A stretch of 64,000 nucleotides of DNA, from the sequence record NZ_CP123987.1. The stretch is one strand, 5' to 3'. Made by a program: the position numbers and the translations under genes. Positions 44,846 through 55,881 of the stretch are shown piece after piece. The stretch comes from a plasmid. How positions within the stretch are numbered: the stretch's first letter is position 1; each line of letters begins with the position of its first letter. Under the pieces are notes generated by a model, which saw only the letters and a list, made by a program, of their open reading frames with translations, was not told where the DNA came from and did not search any database.

Positions 44846-45694
44846 TTAGAATGTAGCAGTATCTGGATCAGTTGCTAAATGAGTAACTCCACGTAATCCA
44901 TCTAATTTCTTCATTTCATCATCAGTCAATTCAAAATCAAAAATATCAGTATTAGATTTAATATATTCAGCATGAACAGATTTTGGAAGTGGGAGGAAAT
45001 CATGTTGCAACGACCAGCGAAGTAGAACTTGAGGTACACTATGATTGTGAGCTGCAGCAACTTCAGCAACTAATTCATTACGCAACAAATCACCAGTACC
45101 TAAAGGACTATAAGCTTCATTTAAAATATCGTATTCCTTATTAGCAGCTAGTACATCTGGTTGAAGATCACTAGGATTTAAGTAGTTTTGGTTAACTGCA
45201 GGAACGATATTAGCAGTCTTCAATAATTCATCTAAATGATGCTTGCGGAAATTAGAAATACCAATTGCACGAATTTTACCAGCTTTAACGGCTTCTTCCA
45301 TAGCTTGCCAGCTTTCAGCATTTAATTCAGCCCAATGTTCGCGTACTGATACTGGGTTTGACCAATGAATTAAGTATAGATCTAAATAATCAGTATCTAG
45401 TTTCTGTAAACTTAAATCAATAGCTTTTTTAGTAGCTTTATAACCATGGGAATCGTTCCAAAGTTTAGTTGTCAGAAAAATATCCCCTCTGTTGACACCG
45501 CTTTCTTTTATCCCCTGACCAACGCTAGTTTCATTGCCGTAAATTGCTGCTGTATCAATATGACGATAACCAACTTCAAGCGCAGTTTTTACAGATTCAC
45601 GAGCAACGTCACCATCTGGAGTTTGCCATGTACCGAAACCGATAATAGGAATTTCTACACCATTATTTAATTTATATGTATCTGTTAGTGCCAT
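44846..45694 (-). CDS. aldo/keto reductase
   Basis: 282 aa AKR with the catalytic tetrad context (…GYRHIDTA…). Confidence 0.85.
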   Translation of the reverse strand: MALTDTYKLNNGVEIPIIGFGTWQTPDGDVARESVKTALEVGYRHIDTAAIYGNETSVGQGIKESGVNRGDIFLTTKLWNDSHGYKATKKAIDLSLQKLDTDYLDLYLIHWSNPVSVREHWAELNAESWQAMEEAVKAGKIRAIGISNFRKHHLDELLKTANIVPAVNQNYLNPSDLQPDVLAANKEYDILNEAYSPLGTGDLLRNELVAEVAAAHNHSVPQVLLRWSLQHDFLPLPKSVHAEYIKSNTDIFDFELTDDEMKKLDGLRGVTHLATDPDTATF

Positions 45695-45781
45695 CTTAAC
45701 ACCTCCTAATAAGGTTATAATTCATTATAAATCTTATTATTAGTAAGCAGCAAATGATATATCTTGAGAAGAAAAAATTTG

Positions 45782-46561
45782 TTAATAGATTAACTTTACT
45801 TTATTTTCTTTTAATAAATTAACAAATTTATCATCAGGCTTTTTATCAGTAATTAAATAATCAAAATCTTCTAAGGAACAAAGTTTAATAAAATCGCTCT
45901 TTACTTTAAATTTAGAATGATCGACTAATAAAACTGATAAGTCGGCATTTTCTATCATTTTCTTTTTACAATGCGTTTGGCGAATATCGGCCATAAAAAC
46001 TCCATTTTCATTAATAGATGAACAAGATATTAGTGATAATCTTGGATGAAATTGACTAAGATATTCTAGTGCTTCGGAGCCAAGAACGGTTTCTGAATAG
46101 GGACGTAAGAATCCACCGGCTAGAAAAACACGAATATTTTTTTGGTTGTGACCTTGCATAGCGATATAGATATTATTAGTAATAACATTAACTTTTTCTC
46201 TATCTGTCAAATTTTGAATAATATATTTATTAGTAGTAGAAGAATCAATGAATACAGAATCATTGTCAAAAATCAAATCTGAAGCTAGTCTACAAATTTT
46301 TCGCTTTTCATTAGGATGTTGGGTAGAACGAAAACTTGCAGTATACTCGATATTATCTTTTCTAAGTAGTGTAACTAATCCAAATGATCGTTTTATAATA
46401 CCATTAGTTTCTAACTCAATTAAATCTCGACGTAATGTAGATACTGAGCTATCAACAAGTTGTTGTAGTTTATGTATATGTATAGAGGAATTACTGCTAA
46501 GAATATCCAATAGATAAGAAATCCTATCTTCTTTTTTCAAATAAATCACATCCTTGAACAA
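45782..46561 (-). CDS. DeoR/GlpR-family transcriptional regulator
   Basis: N-terminal HTH (…HIHKLQQLVDSSVSTLRRDLIELE…) plus a C-terminal sugar-binding domain. Confidence 0.8.
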   Translation of the reverse strand: MFKDVIYLKKEDRISYLLDILSSNSSIHIHKLQQLVDSSVSTLRRDLIELETNGIIKRSFGLVTLLRKDNIEYTASFRSTQHPNEKRKICRLASDLIFDNDSVFIDSSTTNKYIIQNLTDREKVNVITNNIYIAMQGHNQKNIRVFLAGGFLRPYSETVLGSEALEYLSQFHPRLSLISCSSINENGVFMADIRQTHCKKKMIENADLSVLLVDHSKFKVKSDFIKLCSLEDFDYLITDKKPDDKFVNLLKENKVKLIY

Positions 46562-46688
46562 ATTTTGAACATTTGACCTAAATTTTAACTCAAATTTGAA
46601 TGTTTTTCAAATATCCATGATTTTTTATATTATTTTTAATATGTATGATATACTAAAAATGTAAAAAGAAACAGGGAGTGTGAAAAGC

Positions 46689-47150
46689 ATGAATTACAAG
46701 GATATGTTACACAGAGAGTTAATTTTTTTAGATGAAAATTCGAATAATAGAGAGGAATTATTTGAATCTATTAGTCATAAATTAATGGATTTAGGATATG
46801 TGAAAAGTTCATATCAGGTGGCTTTAAATTCAAGAGAAGATGAATTTCCAACAGGTCTAATTACTAAATTCTTACCTATTGCTTTACCTCATGCAGATCC
46901 TGAAAATGTAAATAAAGCATTTATAGCAGTTGCTAGAAACAATCAAGAAATTCCAATGCTTCAAATGGGGAGCAATGAAGAAATGAGAACAAAATATTTC
47001 TTTTTCTTAGGAATTACAGATTCTTTACATCAAGTTATTTTATTACAAAAATTTATGCAATTATTACAAGATAAGGAATTTGTAGATAAATTAGTATCAG
47101 CTAATAGTGTTGATGAAGTTTATTCATTGTTAGATGAATATTTTGATTAA
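46689..47150 (+). CDS. PTS EIIA, galactitol/fructose type (EIIA_2)
   Basis: Matches the EIIA_2 family; an AGGGAG RBS precedes the ATG at 46689. Confidence 0.7.
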   Translation: MNYKDMLHRELIFLDENSNNREELFESISHKLMDLGYVKSSYQVALNSREDEFPTGLITKFLPIALPHADPENVNKAFIAVARNNQEIPMLQMGSNEEMRTKYFFFLGITDSLHQVILLQKFMQLLQDKEFVDKLVSANSVDEVYSLLDEYFD

Positions 47151-47175
47151 TAAAGAAATAATTTTAGATTAGGAG

Positions 47176-47496
47176 ATGTTTATTATGGCAAATATTGTTG
47201 TAGCTTGTGGTAGTGGAGTTGCTACTAGTGAAACAGTTGTAAGTTTGATTAAAGGATTTTTTGAAGATCATAATATTTCAGGTGTTAATGTTGAAGCAAC
47301 AGACTTTAAGGGGTTAGCAGGGGTATTACCTAATTATGATATTTATGTGTGGATAGCTAAACCTACTAAGGAAATCCAAGATATCTGTGATAGAGAAGGA
47401 ATTGTTGATGTTAATGGGGTTAATATTTTAACTGGAAATAATTCAGATGATTCATACAAGAAAATTTTGTGGGCTCTACAAAAGATGACTATGTAA
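47176..47496 (+). CDS. PTS EIIB, galactitol type
   Basis: VVACGSG active-site Cys loop. Confidence 0.75.
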   Translation: MFIMANIVVACGSGVATSETVVSLIKGFFEDHNISGVNVEATDFKGLAGVLPNYDIYVWIAKPTKEIQDICDREGIVDVNGVNILTGNNSDDSYKKILWALQKMTM

Positions 47497-47509
47497 GGAG
47501 TTGAGTAAA

Positions 47510-49060
47510 ATGGAAGTCTTAAAAAGTGTAGTTAATTACATTTTAAATTTAGGTGGACCAGTATTTGTTCCGTTGGTAATGCTGATAATTGCACTTATCG
47601 CAGGATTATCTTTTAAGAAATCAATTATTGCCTCAATTACATTAGGTGTTGCCTTTTCTGGAATGAATTTAGTTGTTAATTACATGCAAGAAATTATATC
47701 TCCTGCTGGTAAAGCAATGTCTAAAGCCATAGGTGTTACTTTAAATGCTGTTGATGCTGGTTGGACAGGAGTAGCTGCTATTACCTGGTCATATAAAGTT
47801 GCATTCCTATTTTTCCCACTATTACTAGCTATCAACTTTATAATGTTGACTTTTAATTGGACAACTACTTTAAATGTTGATATGTGGAATGTATGGAATA
47901 AGATATTCACTTATGTAATCGTTTACTATTTCACAGGAAGCATGCTTATTGGATTTTTAGTTTCAAGTATTCAAATTATTTTCGAATTAAAAGCAGGTGA
48001 TGTATGGCAAAGACACATAGAGGATATGACTGGAATGCCAGGGGTTACAGTGCCTCATTTTATTACACTATTCGCAGTAATTTTAAATCCTTTAAATAAA
48101 TTACTTGACTTTATTCCTGTATTTAACAAACCATTTGACTCAGAAGCTATTCAAAAAAAGATTGGTATCTTCGGAGAAAATAAAGTAATGGGATTTATTA
48201 TCGGTATATTATTGGGATTTGGAGCTGGATATGGTTTATCCAAGTCTTTGATGTTAGCTGTAGAAGCTGCAACTGCAATGACATTATTCCCAATGATCTC
48301 TAAATTATTTATGGAAGCATTGAATCCGATTGCTGACGCAATGGGGAACTTCATGAAGAAACACTTTAAAGATAGACAAGTATATATTGGATTAGATTGG
48401 CCTATCTTGGCTGGACGAAGTGAATTATGGGTTACAGTAATTCTTTTGGTTCCAGTAGAACTTTTATATGCTATCATCCTACCACATAATAATGTACTAC
48501 CTTTTGCTGGAATTATTAATCTTTCTTTTGTAGTTGCTGCATTATTGGTTACAGGTGCTAACTTATTGAGAATGCTAGTATTAGGTTTGATAACAACTCC
48601 TATTTTCTTATATGGTGGCACATACTTTGCTCCAATGATAACTAAATTGGCGCGTTCAACTAATAGTTTCAAAGTTCCAGCTGGTCAACAATTATCATGG
48701 TCTACATTTGAAGGCCCAGATTTTAGATTATTCTTTGGTCAAGCTTTCACAGGTAAATGGTGGGCAATATTAGCAGTAGTTATTTGGGTATTAGGATTCA
48801 TTTGGTTATATTTAGATCAAAAGAAAATTCCATTACCTAGTCAAAGATATCAAGTAGCTATTCCAAACGTTGGAAACAGTAGTGATGAAAATAAGCAAGT
48901 AACTGTTGAACAAAATGATTATAAAGATATTAATTTAGACGATTTTAATGGTGCTAATTTTAGTAATACTAAAAAAGTAGCACAAAATAATGAAGGCGAT
49001 TACAAGAATATCTCATTAGATGATTTTGATGGAATGAATTTTGGAAATAGAAAAAGGTGA
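47510..49060 (+). CDS. PTS EIIC, galactitol type, with a C-terminal repeat extension
   Basis: GatC-like membrane domain; the C-terminal ~60 aa contain two copies of DYK(D/N)I(N/S)LDDF(N/D)G(A/M)NF. Confidence 0.8.
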   Translation: MEVLKSVVNYILNLGGPVFVPLVMLIIALIAGLSFKKSIIASITLGVAFSGMNLVVNYMQEIISPAGKAMSKAIGVTLNAVDAGWTGVAAITWSYKVAFLFFPLLLAINFIMLTFNWTTTLNVDMWNVWNKIFTYVIVYYFTGSMLIGFLVSSIQIIFELKAGDVWQRHIEDMTGMPGVTVPHFITLFAVILNPLNKLLDFIPVFNKPFDSEAIQKKIGIFGENKVMGFIIGILLGFGAGYGLSKSLMLAVEAATAMTLFPMISKLFMEALNPIADAMGNFMKKHFKDRQVYIGLDWPILAGRSELWVTVILLVPVELLYAIILPHNNVLPFAGIINLSFVVAALLVTGANLLRMLVLGLITTPIFLYGGTYFAPMITKLARSTNSFKVPAGQQLSWSTFEGPDFRLFFGQAFTGKWWAILAVVIWVLGFIWLYLDQKKIPLPSQRYQVAIPNVGNSSDENKQVTVEQNDYKDINLDDFNGANFSNTKKVAQNNEGDYKNISLDDFDGMNFGNRKR

Positions 49061-49065
49061 AAAAA

Positions 49066-49305
49066 ATGAAAAGTAGATTATTCTGGTTAACACTTTTATT
49101 TATAGACTTACTTATATTTTTACAAGCAATTATTAGTAATAATGTTATTTTACTAATAGTTGTTGGAGGTATTGCTGGAGTAATTTATTTCAAAGGATAC
49201 GATCAATTGTTTGAGGAGTTTGATAGAAAACAAAAAATCAAGAGAGAAAAAAGAAAACAAGAGATCCTAGAATTACGAAAAGTTGGAAGGAAGTATTCAA
49301 AATGA
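49066..49305 (+). CDS. small membrane protein
   Basis: Two TM helices followed by a charged tail; translationally coupled. Confidence 0.4.
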   Translation: MKSRLFWLTLLFIDLLIFLQAIISNNVILLIVVGGIAGVIYFKGYDQLFEEFDRKQKIKREKRKQEILELRKVGRKYSK

Positions 49306-50027
49306 CAGAAAGTTTTGTTTTCGAAGAGCAACGGAGAGATTTAGCAAAAGTAGCTAAAAAGATGTTTGATAGAAAAATGACAAACGTAGCAGGTGGAAAT
49401 ATCTCGCAAAAGATTGTAGCTGATCAAAGTTTAGACTATGGTCATGTTCATATTGAAAAAGATAGAGAATATTTAATCATAACTCCAACATATATGTCTG
49501 AAGCTTGGTATGGAGAATTATCTCCAGCTCAAATTTTAGTGGTAGATCTGGAGACTGGAGAACAAATTGATGGTTCAGGAAGATTGACAAGGGAAATTAA
49601 TATGCATAGAGAAGCATATGAAGCAAATGAAAATATAAAAGTTGTATATCATTCTCATACACCTGCATCAATGTTTTGGGCAACAATAGGTGAAGATATG
49701 CCTAATGTTACTGAAGCCACTTCACACGATTTAGATTTAGGTACAATTAAATGCTTGCCTTATAAACCTGCGTGTTCAAAAGAATTAGCAGATCAAGTAC
49801 ATGATGAATTAGTAAAATTAGGTGATAAAGCTGCCAATAATATTTTCCTTTTAAATAGTCATGGTGTTTTAATTACAACCAATGATTTACATCATGCTAC
49901 ATGTATTTTAGAAACAGTAGAATGGAATGCAGAAATTGCATATAAGCAAGCAGTCTTTAAGAAGTTAGGACTAATAGATGGATACATGTCTAAAGGAAAA
50001 TTGAGTGATGGTTTGGTAAGTAAATAG
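49302..50027 (+). CDS. class II aldolase/adducin-family protein (ketose-phosphate aldolase/epimerase-like)
   Basis: His-rich metal-site motif YHSHTP and the family fold; in an operon with the PTS genes. Confidence 0.7.
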   Translation: MTESFVFEEQRRDLAKVAKKMFDRKMTNVAGGNISQKIVADQSLDYGHVHIEKDREYLIITPTYMSEAWYGELSPAQILVVDLETGEQIDGSGRLTREINMHREAYEANENIKVVYHSHTPASMFWATIGEDMPNVTEATSHDLDLGTIKCLPYKPACSKELADQVHDELVKLGDKAANNIFLLNSHGVLITTNDLHHATCILETVEWNAEIAYKQAVFKKLGLIDGYMSKGKLSDGLVSK

Positions 50028-50155
50028 TTAAAAAATTAATATTTATTTAACTTATAACATTAACTCTGAAGGCATCTCATACAGAAATGTATGGGATGTC
50101 TTTTAGTTTACTGCGTAATTGTATAATATTAAAATGTAAGCACAAGGTAATAATA

Positions 50156-50308
50156 ATGGAAGAATTTAATAATGAAGAACTAGAATTAAAAACTAAAAAG
50201 GCTACTACTTTCCTGAAAAAAGAAGAAGTTTCTTCAAGTGTGTCAAAACTTATAGATCAAGGTATTAAAGAGAATAGAGAATTATTAGAATGGCTGAAGG
50301 ATAAATAA
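50156..50308 (+). CDS. hypothetical small protein
   Basis: MEEFNNEELELK…; short acidic ORF. Confidence 0.3.
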   Translation: MEEFNNEELELKTKKATTFLKKEEVSSSVSKLIDQGIKENRELLEWLKDK

Positions 50309-50339
50309 AAAATATACAACAAAATAAAGAGGTATGACT

Positions 50340-50759
50340 ATGAACAAAAGAGAAGAAATAATCAGTTTATGGTTTGAAATGTGGTTACAAAAGAAAGACC
50401 TAGGAATTTTTAAGATATTTTCGAATAATGCTACATATATTGAAAGTTGGGGGCCGAGATATGATAGTTCTAAAAAAATTAAACTTTGGTTTGATGAGTG
50501 GAATAGTCGTGGAACTGTTCTTAAATGGGATATTAAGCAATTTTTTCACAAGGAAAATCAAACAATAGTTGAATGGTACTTTGAATGTCAAATGGAAGCA
50601 GAAGAGGCTACAGCGTTTGACGGAATGTCTCTAATAGAATGGACAGATGATAATAAAATAAAGTTTCTTAAGGAATTTGGCTGCAACATTAATAATTACG
50701 ATCCATATAAGTCTGGAAATATGCCTAAATTTAAAGACACAGAAGTTGGCTGGTTTTAG
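50340..50759 (+). CDS. SnoaL/NTF2-like family protein
   Basis: ~139 aa NTF2-like fold signature. Confidence 0.5.
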   Translation: MNKREEIISLWFEMWLQKKDLGIFKIFSNNATYIESWGPRYDSSKKIKLWFDEWNSRGTVLKWDIKQFFHKENQTIVEWYFECQMEAEEATAFDGMSLIEWTDDNKIKFLKEFGCNINNYDPYKSGNMPKFKDTEVGWF

Positions 50760-50929
50760 TTATGGAATATATTACTTATATATATTCTCTATTATCCTAT
50801 GGAAGATGCAAGTTGAATCTTTAGTAGTTTTCCCTGATAGGTATTATTCATATATGACGCCAGGAACAAACATATTTACAAGTACAAAAAAGCCCCAATA
50901 TAAATTGAGGCTAAGTGTAGTATTTATAA

Positions 50930-52645
50930 TTACTTCAAGTTATGGTTGGTAAATTTTGTTACGTTCCCAATACTTTGTCCATTAACAACGTTAGCTTTGA
51001 AACTGACGTTGTCACCACTTCTAAGCAAGTTAGCTTTGACAAAATCATCAGTATCGATGGTGTAAACAATTTGATTATCTTTGAGAGTAAACATTACTTT
51101 GTTTTTATTAGATACTATTGCTACTCTATCTACAGTTCCTGTAATCTGCTTCAGATTACTATTAGGTGTATTTGATGCTTTAGCTCCACTGTTTACTAAT
51201 GCTTGTCTAAAATCATCTAAGGCACTAATTGGGGAAGGACCTGTTCCGTAAATAGATTGGTCTTCAGCATCGAGATAATAATATCCTCTGATTGCGTGTG
51301 TTTTATCTAAAATAGTCATGATCCATGTTGGTCGTCCATCAACGTTATATAGGATAGGCATGTTAGCTGTCCATTGTTGAGCTTTGTAATTTTGGTTAGC
51401 GTTACTCTTTGCACCAGAACTATCCATGATTCCATTAGCTTTGTAATAAGTTAATTCACCTGTACGAGCATTAATCATGGAGTACCCTAAAGCGGAATCA
51501 GATTTAGTATTAGGGTTAGTAAAGTCTGTGAAATAGCTAATGGTTCCATTTTCATTGAATATTGAAGTTACGCCGTCTTCTGGGCCATTATTAGTTGGTT
51601 CTTCCATATCTGTTTTACCCAAGAAACGATTCCAAAATCCGTGCTTGTAACTACCATAATTACTGTTTATTTCTGCTGCAACATCTGAAGTGATACCTTC
51701 ATCAACAAATTTTGGCAAATTAGATAATTTGTATGTTTTAGTTTTTCCTGTAACAGCGTTCATAACAATGACTCTTAGTTTTTTGTAGTTAATTCTGTGA
51801 CTTAGGAATTCAGATTTATATACTGTTTCTACCCAATAAGGATTTCCATTATTGTCAATTTCTAGCTGTGCGCCGCCATCACCTAATTTCAACCATTGTG
51901 GATTATTTCGATATAGTTGTCTTTCGGCATCTCTTTTGAAATAGGCACTTGTAGTATATTTGTACGGTTTTTTGATAAATTTTGGTGTCGCATTTTGACT
52001 CGTTGCATCAATCATAAAATATCCAGGAATATTTTTTGCCTTCATCATCGCAAAGAATCCTTGGTATTCAACGGGGACAATATAGACTGCTTTACCATGA
52101 ATATATTGTGCTTGCACAGTTCCGGCAATTTTGTAGTACTGACTATTTGGTAAATCAGAAACTGCTTTTCTTACTCGATTCAAAACAGTTTTAGGTGCTA
52201 AGGCTACAGGAGTCTCACCACGTTTAAATGTTGGAGCTTGTTTGGAACTGACTTTTTTGACTGAAATTGAATTATAAGTTGGCTTAACTGATAGTATTGA
52301 ATATAGTTCACCGCCAACTGCTATCAAAAGTGTAATCATAACTACTGATAATCCAATTGAAAAAGATTTATTAACCCATAATTTTCCTCGGCGAATATCA
52401 TCATCAAAATTTCCAATAAATAGATTTAAAATTAAGAAAATTCCACCGAAAATGGCATTTCCTAGTAACAATGAGAGTAAGTTTCTCGATGGGAGTAAGA
52501 AATATACAAAAATAAAAATTAATAATATTTCTAGTAATAAAATACTTAATGATATTAATGTTTGCTTTTTATTTCTTAAAAATATCGACTTACATACAAA
52601 AATTATGATAGCTAAGAGACTGTACATTAAGGTCATAACTAACAT
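50930..52645 (-). CDS. membrane-anchored protein with a large extracytoplasmic domain
   Basis: 3-4 N-terminal TM helices and a ~430-aa hydrophilic domain; function unknown. Confidence 0.5.
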   Translation of the reverse strand: MLVMTLMYSLLAIIIFVCKSIFLRNKKQTLISLSILLLEILLIFIFVYFLLPSRNLLSLLLGNAIFGGIFLILNLFIGNFDDDIRRGKLWVNKSFSIGLSVVMITLLIAVGGELYSILSVKPTYNSISVKKVSSKQAPTFKRGETPVALAPKTVLNRVRKAVSDLPNSQYYKIAGTVQAQYIHGKAVYIVPVEYQGFFAMMKAKNIPGYFMIDATSQNATPKFIKKPYKYTTSAYFKRDAERQLYRNNPQWLKLGDGGAQLEIDNNGNPYWVETVYKSEFLSHRINYKKLRVIVMNAVTGKTKTYKLSNLPKFVDEGITSDVAAEINSNYGSYKHGFWNRFLGKTDMEEPTNNGPEDGVTSIFNENGTISYFTDFTNPNTKSDSALGYSMINARTGELTYYKANGIMDSSGAKSNANQNYKAQQWTANMPILYNVDGRPTWIMTILDKTHAIRGYYYLDAEDQSIYGTGPSPISALDDFRQALVNSGAKASNTPNSNLKQITGTVDRVAIVSNKNKVMFTLKDNQIVYTIDTDDFVKANLLRSGDNVSFKANVVNGQSIGNVTKFTNHNLK

Positions 52646-52799
52646 GATTTGACAACCCCTTTAATAAAAATTAGTTAATTAATTATATCATACTGTCAGT
52701 ATCTATATTGTTAAATGATCGAAAACGCAAACATTATACGTTGAAATATCATAAATAGTTTATAATTACATTAGGTAGCAAAGAAAGGTTGTGGAAACA

Positions 52800-53966
52800 A
52801 TGAATATAATCACCACAAATGAAAATAAGAAGATAGCAGATAAAATTTGGGATAAAAATGATATTAATTGGATACTTAGGAAGAATGGATTTAAAGCAGT
52901 GAAAGATGCAAAATTTGCAGACTGGAAATTAGATAGTATTAAAGTAAATGGACTAGATTTTTATGTATTAGCGCAAGAGGATCTGGCTACATATGCAATT
53001 TTTGATGAAGAAATGGCAAAATTTTCAATTTCAATTGTAGTAGATGCATTAGAGCAGATTGATATTATTCCACAACAACAAATGGTTTTATATGAAAATG
53101 CATTATTTAATGGCAATGTTATGAAGATCAAAACAAGAAAGAATGTTAAGGTGAACTTGTCTGATGATGACCTGGACTTTATTAGTAATTATCTTGATTC
53201 GCGTTTTTATACCCCAGGAATGTCGGAAAATGAAAAAATCGAGTGTTTCCTTGAGATAAGCGGATATTTATCTTTTCGCAACCAAATTGATGAAAATAAG
53301 CTAAATGATTATTATCAAATCAAACTTGGAAAAGCAAATAAAAAATACAGCTATGTTACATTGGAACGTAATTTTAGATACTTTGAAAATTGGGACAAGT
53401 ATGCAGATTTAAGTAAGGATGATGAAAAATACGAAAGAGTGAAGAGTAAACTTATAGAAAATAATAATAAGATGATTGATCAATATTTGAACTTTGTAAA
53501 ATCAGAAAAAAATTTCACAAGCATGCCTCCAATTAGTCAGCAAAAGGAAATATTGGAGGATTACCTAAACAAGTATCTCCTAAAAGACAAAATACAAACA
53601 GTTATAACAAATGCAGCTGAATTATATACTTATAAAATTAGTATTGGCGAAACTGGTATTACAGAGTATATCGCGATTATGACGGAATTATTTAATTTCT
53701 TGCAAAAAACTGGTGCGGTTAAGAAGAATGATGGTAAAAAAGTAAAAGATATACTGGAGGAATTAAGCATTATCACAGGTGATAACGAGGATCATTCAAT
53801 GGAAGATAGTTTACTTGATGCATTAAATGATTTAAGTGATGAAGAGCTAGATCTTTTGGGAGAAGTCATGTCTTCAATAGAAAGACCTGTCGATCCAGAA
53901 GTTATTTCAGATGATAGTCAAAATCTTGAAGTTCCATACATGAGACTTTTAAAAAGAGATGAATAG
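52800..53966 (+). CDS. hypothetical acidic protein
   Basis: ~389 aa; no recognisable motifs; the terminator-like hairpin at 54093-54139 lies ~127 bp downstream, across an unannotated gap. Confidence 0.45.
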   Translation: MNIITTNENKKIADKIWDKNDINWILRKNGFKAVKDAKFADWKLDSIKVNGLDFYVLAQEDLATYAIFDEEMAKFSISIVVDALEQIDIIPQQQMVLYENALFNGNVMKIKTRKNVKVNLSDDDLDFISNYLDSRFYTPGMSENEKIECFLEISGYLSFRNQIDENKLNDYYQIKLGKANKKYSYVTLERNFRYFENWDKYADLSKDDEKYERVKSKLIENNNKMIDQYLNFVKSEKNFTSMPPISQQKEILEDYLNKYLLKDKIQTVITNAAELYTYKISIGETGITEYIAIMTELFNFLQKTGAVKKNDGKKVKDILEELSIITGDNEDHSMEDSLLDALNDLSDEELDLLGEVMSSIERPVDPEVISDDSQNLEVPYMRLLKRDE

Positions 53967-54092
53967 TCTATAATTAAATATAAAAAAATGGAAGGCAAAA
54001 ACAGCCCTCCATTTCTTTAAAAAGAATTTTTAACAAAAATAAATGGCAGTGGTTTCCAGTCATTTAAATTGCTAGTTATTTTTGAACATAAA

Positions 54093-54139
54093 TTAAGGCA
54101 CTTTGTTTTACTCTAACTGAGTAGAAATAAAGTGCCTTT
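54093..54139 (+). terminator. rho-independent terminator
   Basis: AAGGCACTTTG…AAAGTGCCTTTT hairpin followed by a T-run. Confidence 0.5.
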
Positions 54140-54185
54140 TGAGTTATTAAAATAAGTAAAATGACAAATACAACTATGTATATTC

Positions 54186-55112
54186 CTACAATTCTTTCAA
54201 ATGTTTTAAAATTTTCCGATTATCTTTAGTTTCAAGTTCTTTAATGATATGTAGATATGTTTCTTGAGTAGTCGTAACATTAGCGTGTCCCAATCTTCGT
54301 GATACACTCAAGACTGATACACCTTGGAATAATAGTAGCGATGCATGTGTATGCCTTAGACCATGTATGGAAATTGTAGGAATGTTGGCATGTCGACATA
54401 ATGTTGCTAGTCTGCTGTTGACGGTAGAGTTAAATATTTTTTGATTCTGATTAACGAAAATAGGTTGGTCAGGGTCTTTTTCTTTCGTCAATTTCTTGAA
54501 AGCTTTTAAAGTACTATCATCAACGAAGATTTTCCGATTAGAGCTTTTATTTTTGGTGGGTTGAAAGCCATAATCTTTGAACTTGTAATTCCAAGATTTA
54601 TTAATGTTTATTTGTTGATTTTTATAGTCAAAGTCAGCAGGTGTTAGGGCTAACGCTTCAGCAAATCGCAATCCAGTTTTGCTAATCAAATAGATGAACC
54701 AATCCCAATTTACTTCAGCAGGTAGGTTCAATTCATATAATAAAGCTTGTAATTCATTCATATTCAAGAATTTCTTCTTTTTCTTTCTTTTTTGAATTCC
54801 TTTAATAATAGCTTTTCTTGTAGGGTTAATTCTAATAATTCCATCTTCATATGCATCTACAAGACATGGCTTTAAATGATGATGAAAGTCGAGTGTTGTT
54901 TCACGTTCATGATTTTCAGCAAATTTATTTAAAAGTAATTGATAACTCTTACGATCAAGTTGGTGTAAATGTAAATCAGGGCAAAGTTCTTTAACATGTT
55001 TGTGAGCGAGCTCGTATTTTACTAGAGTCGCATGACGTACTGCATCTTTCTTATATAGCTCAATCCACTCTTTATAGTATTTATGGAACAATTTTGTACT
55101 TTTTCTTGGCAC
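54186..55112 (-). CDS. tyrosine site-specific recombinase (phage-integrase family)
   Basis: C-terminal R…HxxR…Y catalytic-box context (…HGLRHTHASLL…ETYLHI…); adjacent to hsdS. Confidence 0.8.
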   Translation of the reverse strand: MPRKSTKLFHKYYKEWIELYKKDAVRHATLVKYELAHKHVKELCPDLHLHQLDRKSYQLLLNKFAENHERETTLDFHHHLKPCLVDAYEDGIIRINPTRKAIIKGIQKRKKKKKFLNMNELQALLYELNLPAEVNWDWFIYLISKTGLRFAEALALTPADFDYKNQQININKSWNYKFKDYGFQPTKNKSSNRKIFVDDSTLKAFKKLTKEKDPDQPIFVNQNQKIFNSTVNSRLATLCRHANIPTISIHGLRHTHASLLLFQGVSVLSVSRRLGHANVTTTQETYLHIIKELETKDNRKILKHLKEL

Positions 55113-55322
55113 TAGCCATCACCTCTCTAATTATTTAGCTGAATTAAATATATCAGTAATCTATTTTTGATTGAATATTGTGGACCTCCAAAATTATTTT
55201 TAGGTAATATGATGAAATTACCAAAAAAATTGTTGAAATTTTAGAGAAGTGAGATATAATAAAATTGTAATAGGGGTTAATTACAACATTAATATAGATA
55301 GAAATAAGGAGTTGAAAATTTT

Positions 55323-55880
55323 ATGAAGTTAAACGAATTGGTAAAAATCGAAAGTGGAATTAATTCAGTTCGTGTAAAGGATCAAAATTATACGCTATAT
55401 ACCATAGAAGACGTCAATTATGACTTGGGGCATGGTGAGGATTATCAACACGATAAGGCTAGTGGTAAAAGTATTACAGCAAGGGGAGATATTGTGATAA
55501 ATACTGTAAGTAATCTAGCAAGTGTTGTTCATTCTAGAAATGCTGGTAAGATGCTTAATCAAATTTTTCTTCGTTTAAATATCCTTGATGAGAATACATT
55601 AGACCCTTGGTATTTATGCTATCTATTAAATAAGTCCGAATACATTAGGTACCAAGAAGCAGCCATTATGGATGGATCTGTTATTAGAAAGCTAACTAAA
55701 GCTAATCTTGAAGATTTAGAGATTAATCTGCCGGGAGTAGTTGACCAAAAGAAGATGGGGGAAGCTTACAAAGAAATTATGAAAAAGTATACATTAGCTA
55801 TGGAGAAAGCGGAGTTAGAAAAAGATCTGTACTTACAAATGTTAGGGGAAAAAGATTTAAACAACAGAGAGGCGGTTTAA
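55323..55880 (+). CDS. hsdS: type I R-M specificity subunit, half-size (single TRD)
   Basis: 185 aa; one target-recognition domain plus a conserved C-terminal coiled-coil spacer (…LPGVVDQKKMGEAYKEIMKKYTLAMEK…). Confidence 0.7.
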   Translation: MKLNELVKIESGINSVRVKDQNYTLYTIEDVNYDLGHGEDYQHDKASGKSITARGDIVINTVSNLASVVHSRNAGKMLNQIFLRLNILDENTLDPWYLCYLLNKSEYIRYQEAAIMDGSVIRKLTKANLEDLEINLPGVVDQKKMGEAYKEIMKKYTLAMEKAELEKDLYLQMLGEKDLNNREAV

Positions 55881-55881
55881 T

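Noticed and set aside
48151-48672. 173-aa minus-strand ORF
   Set aside because: Antisense within PTS EIIC
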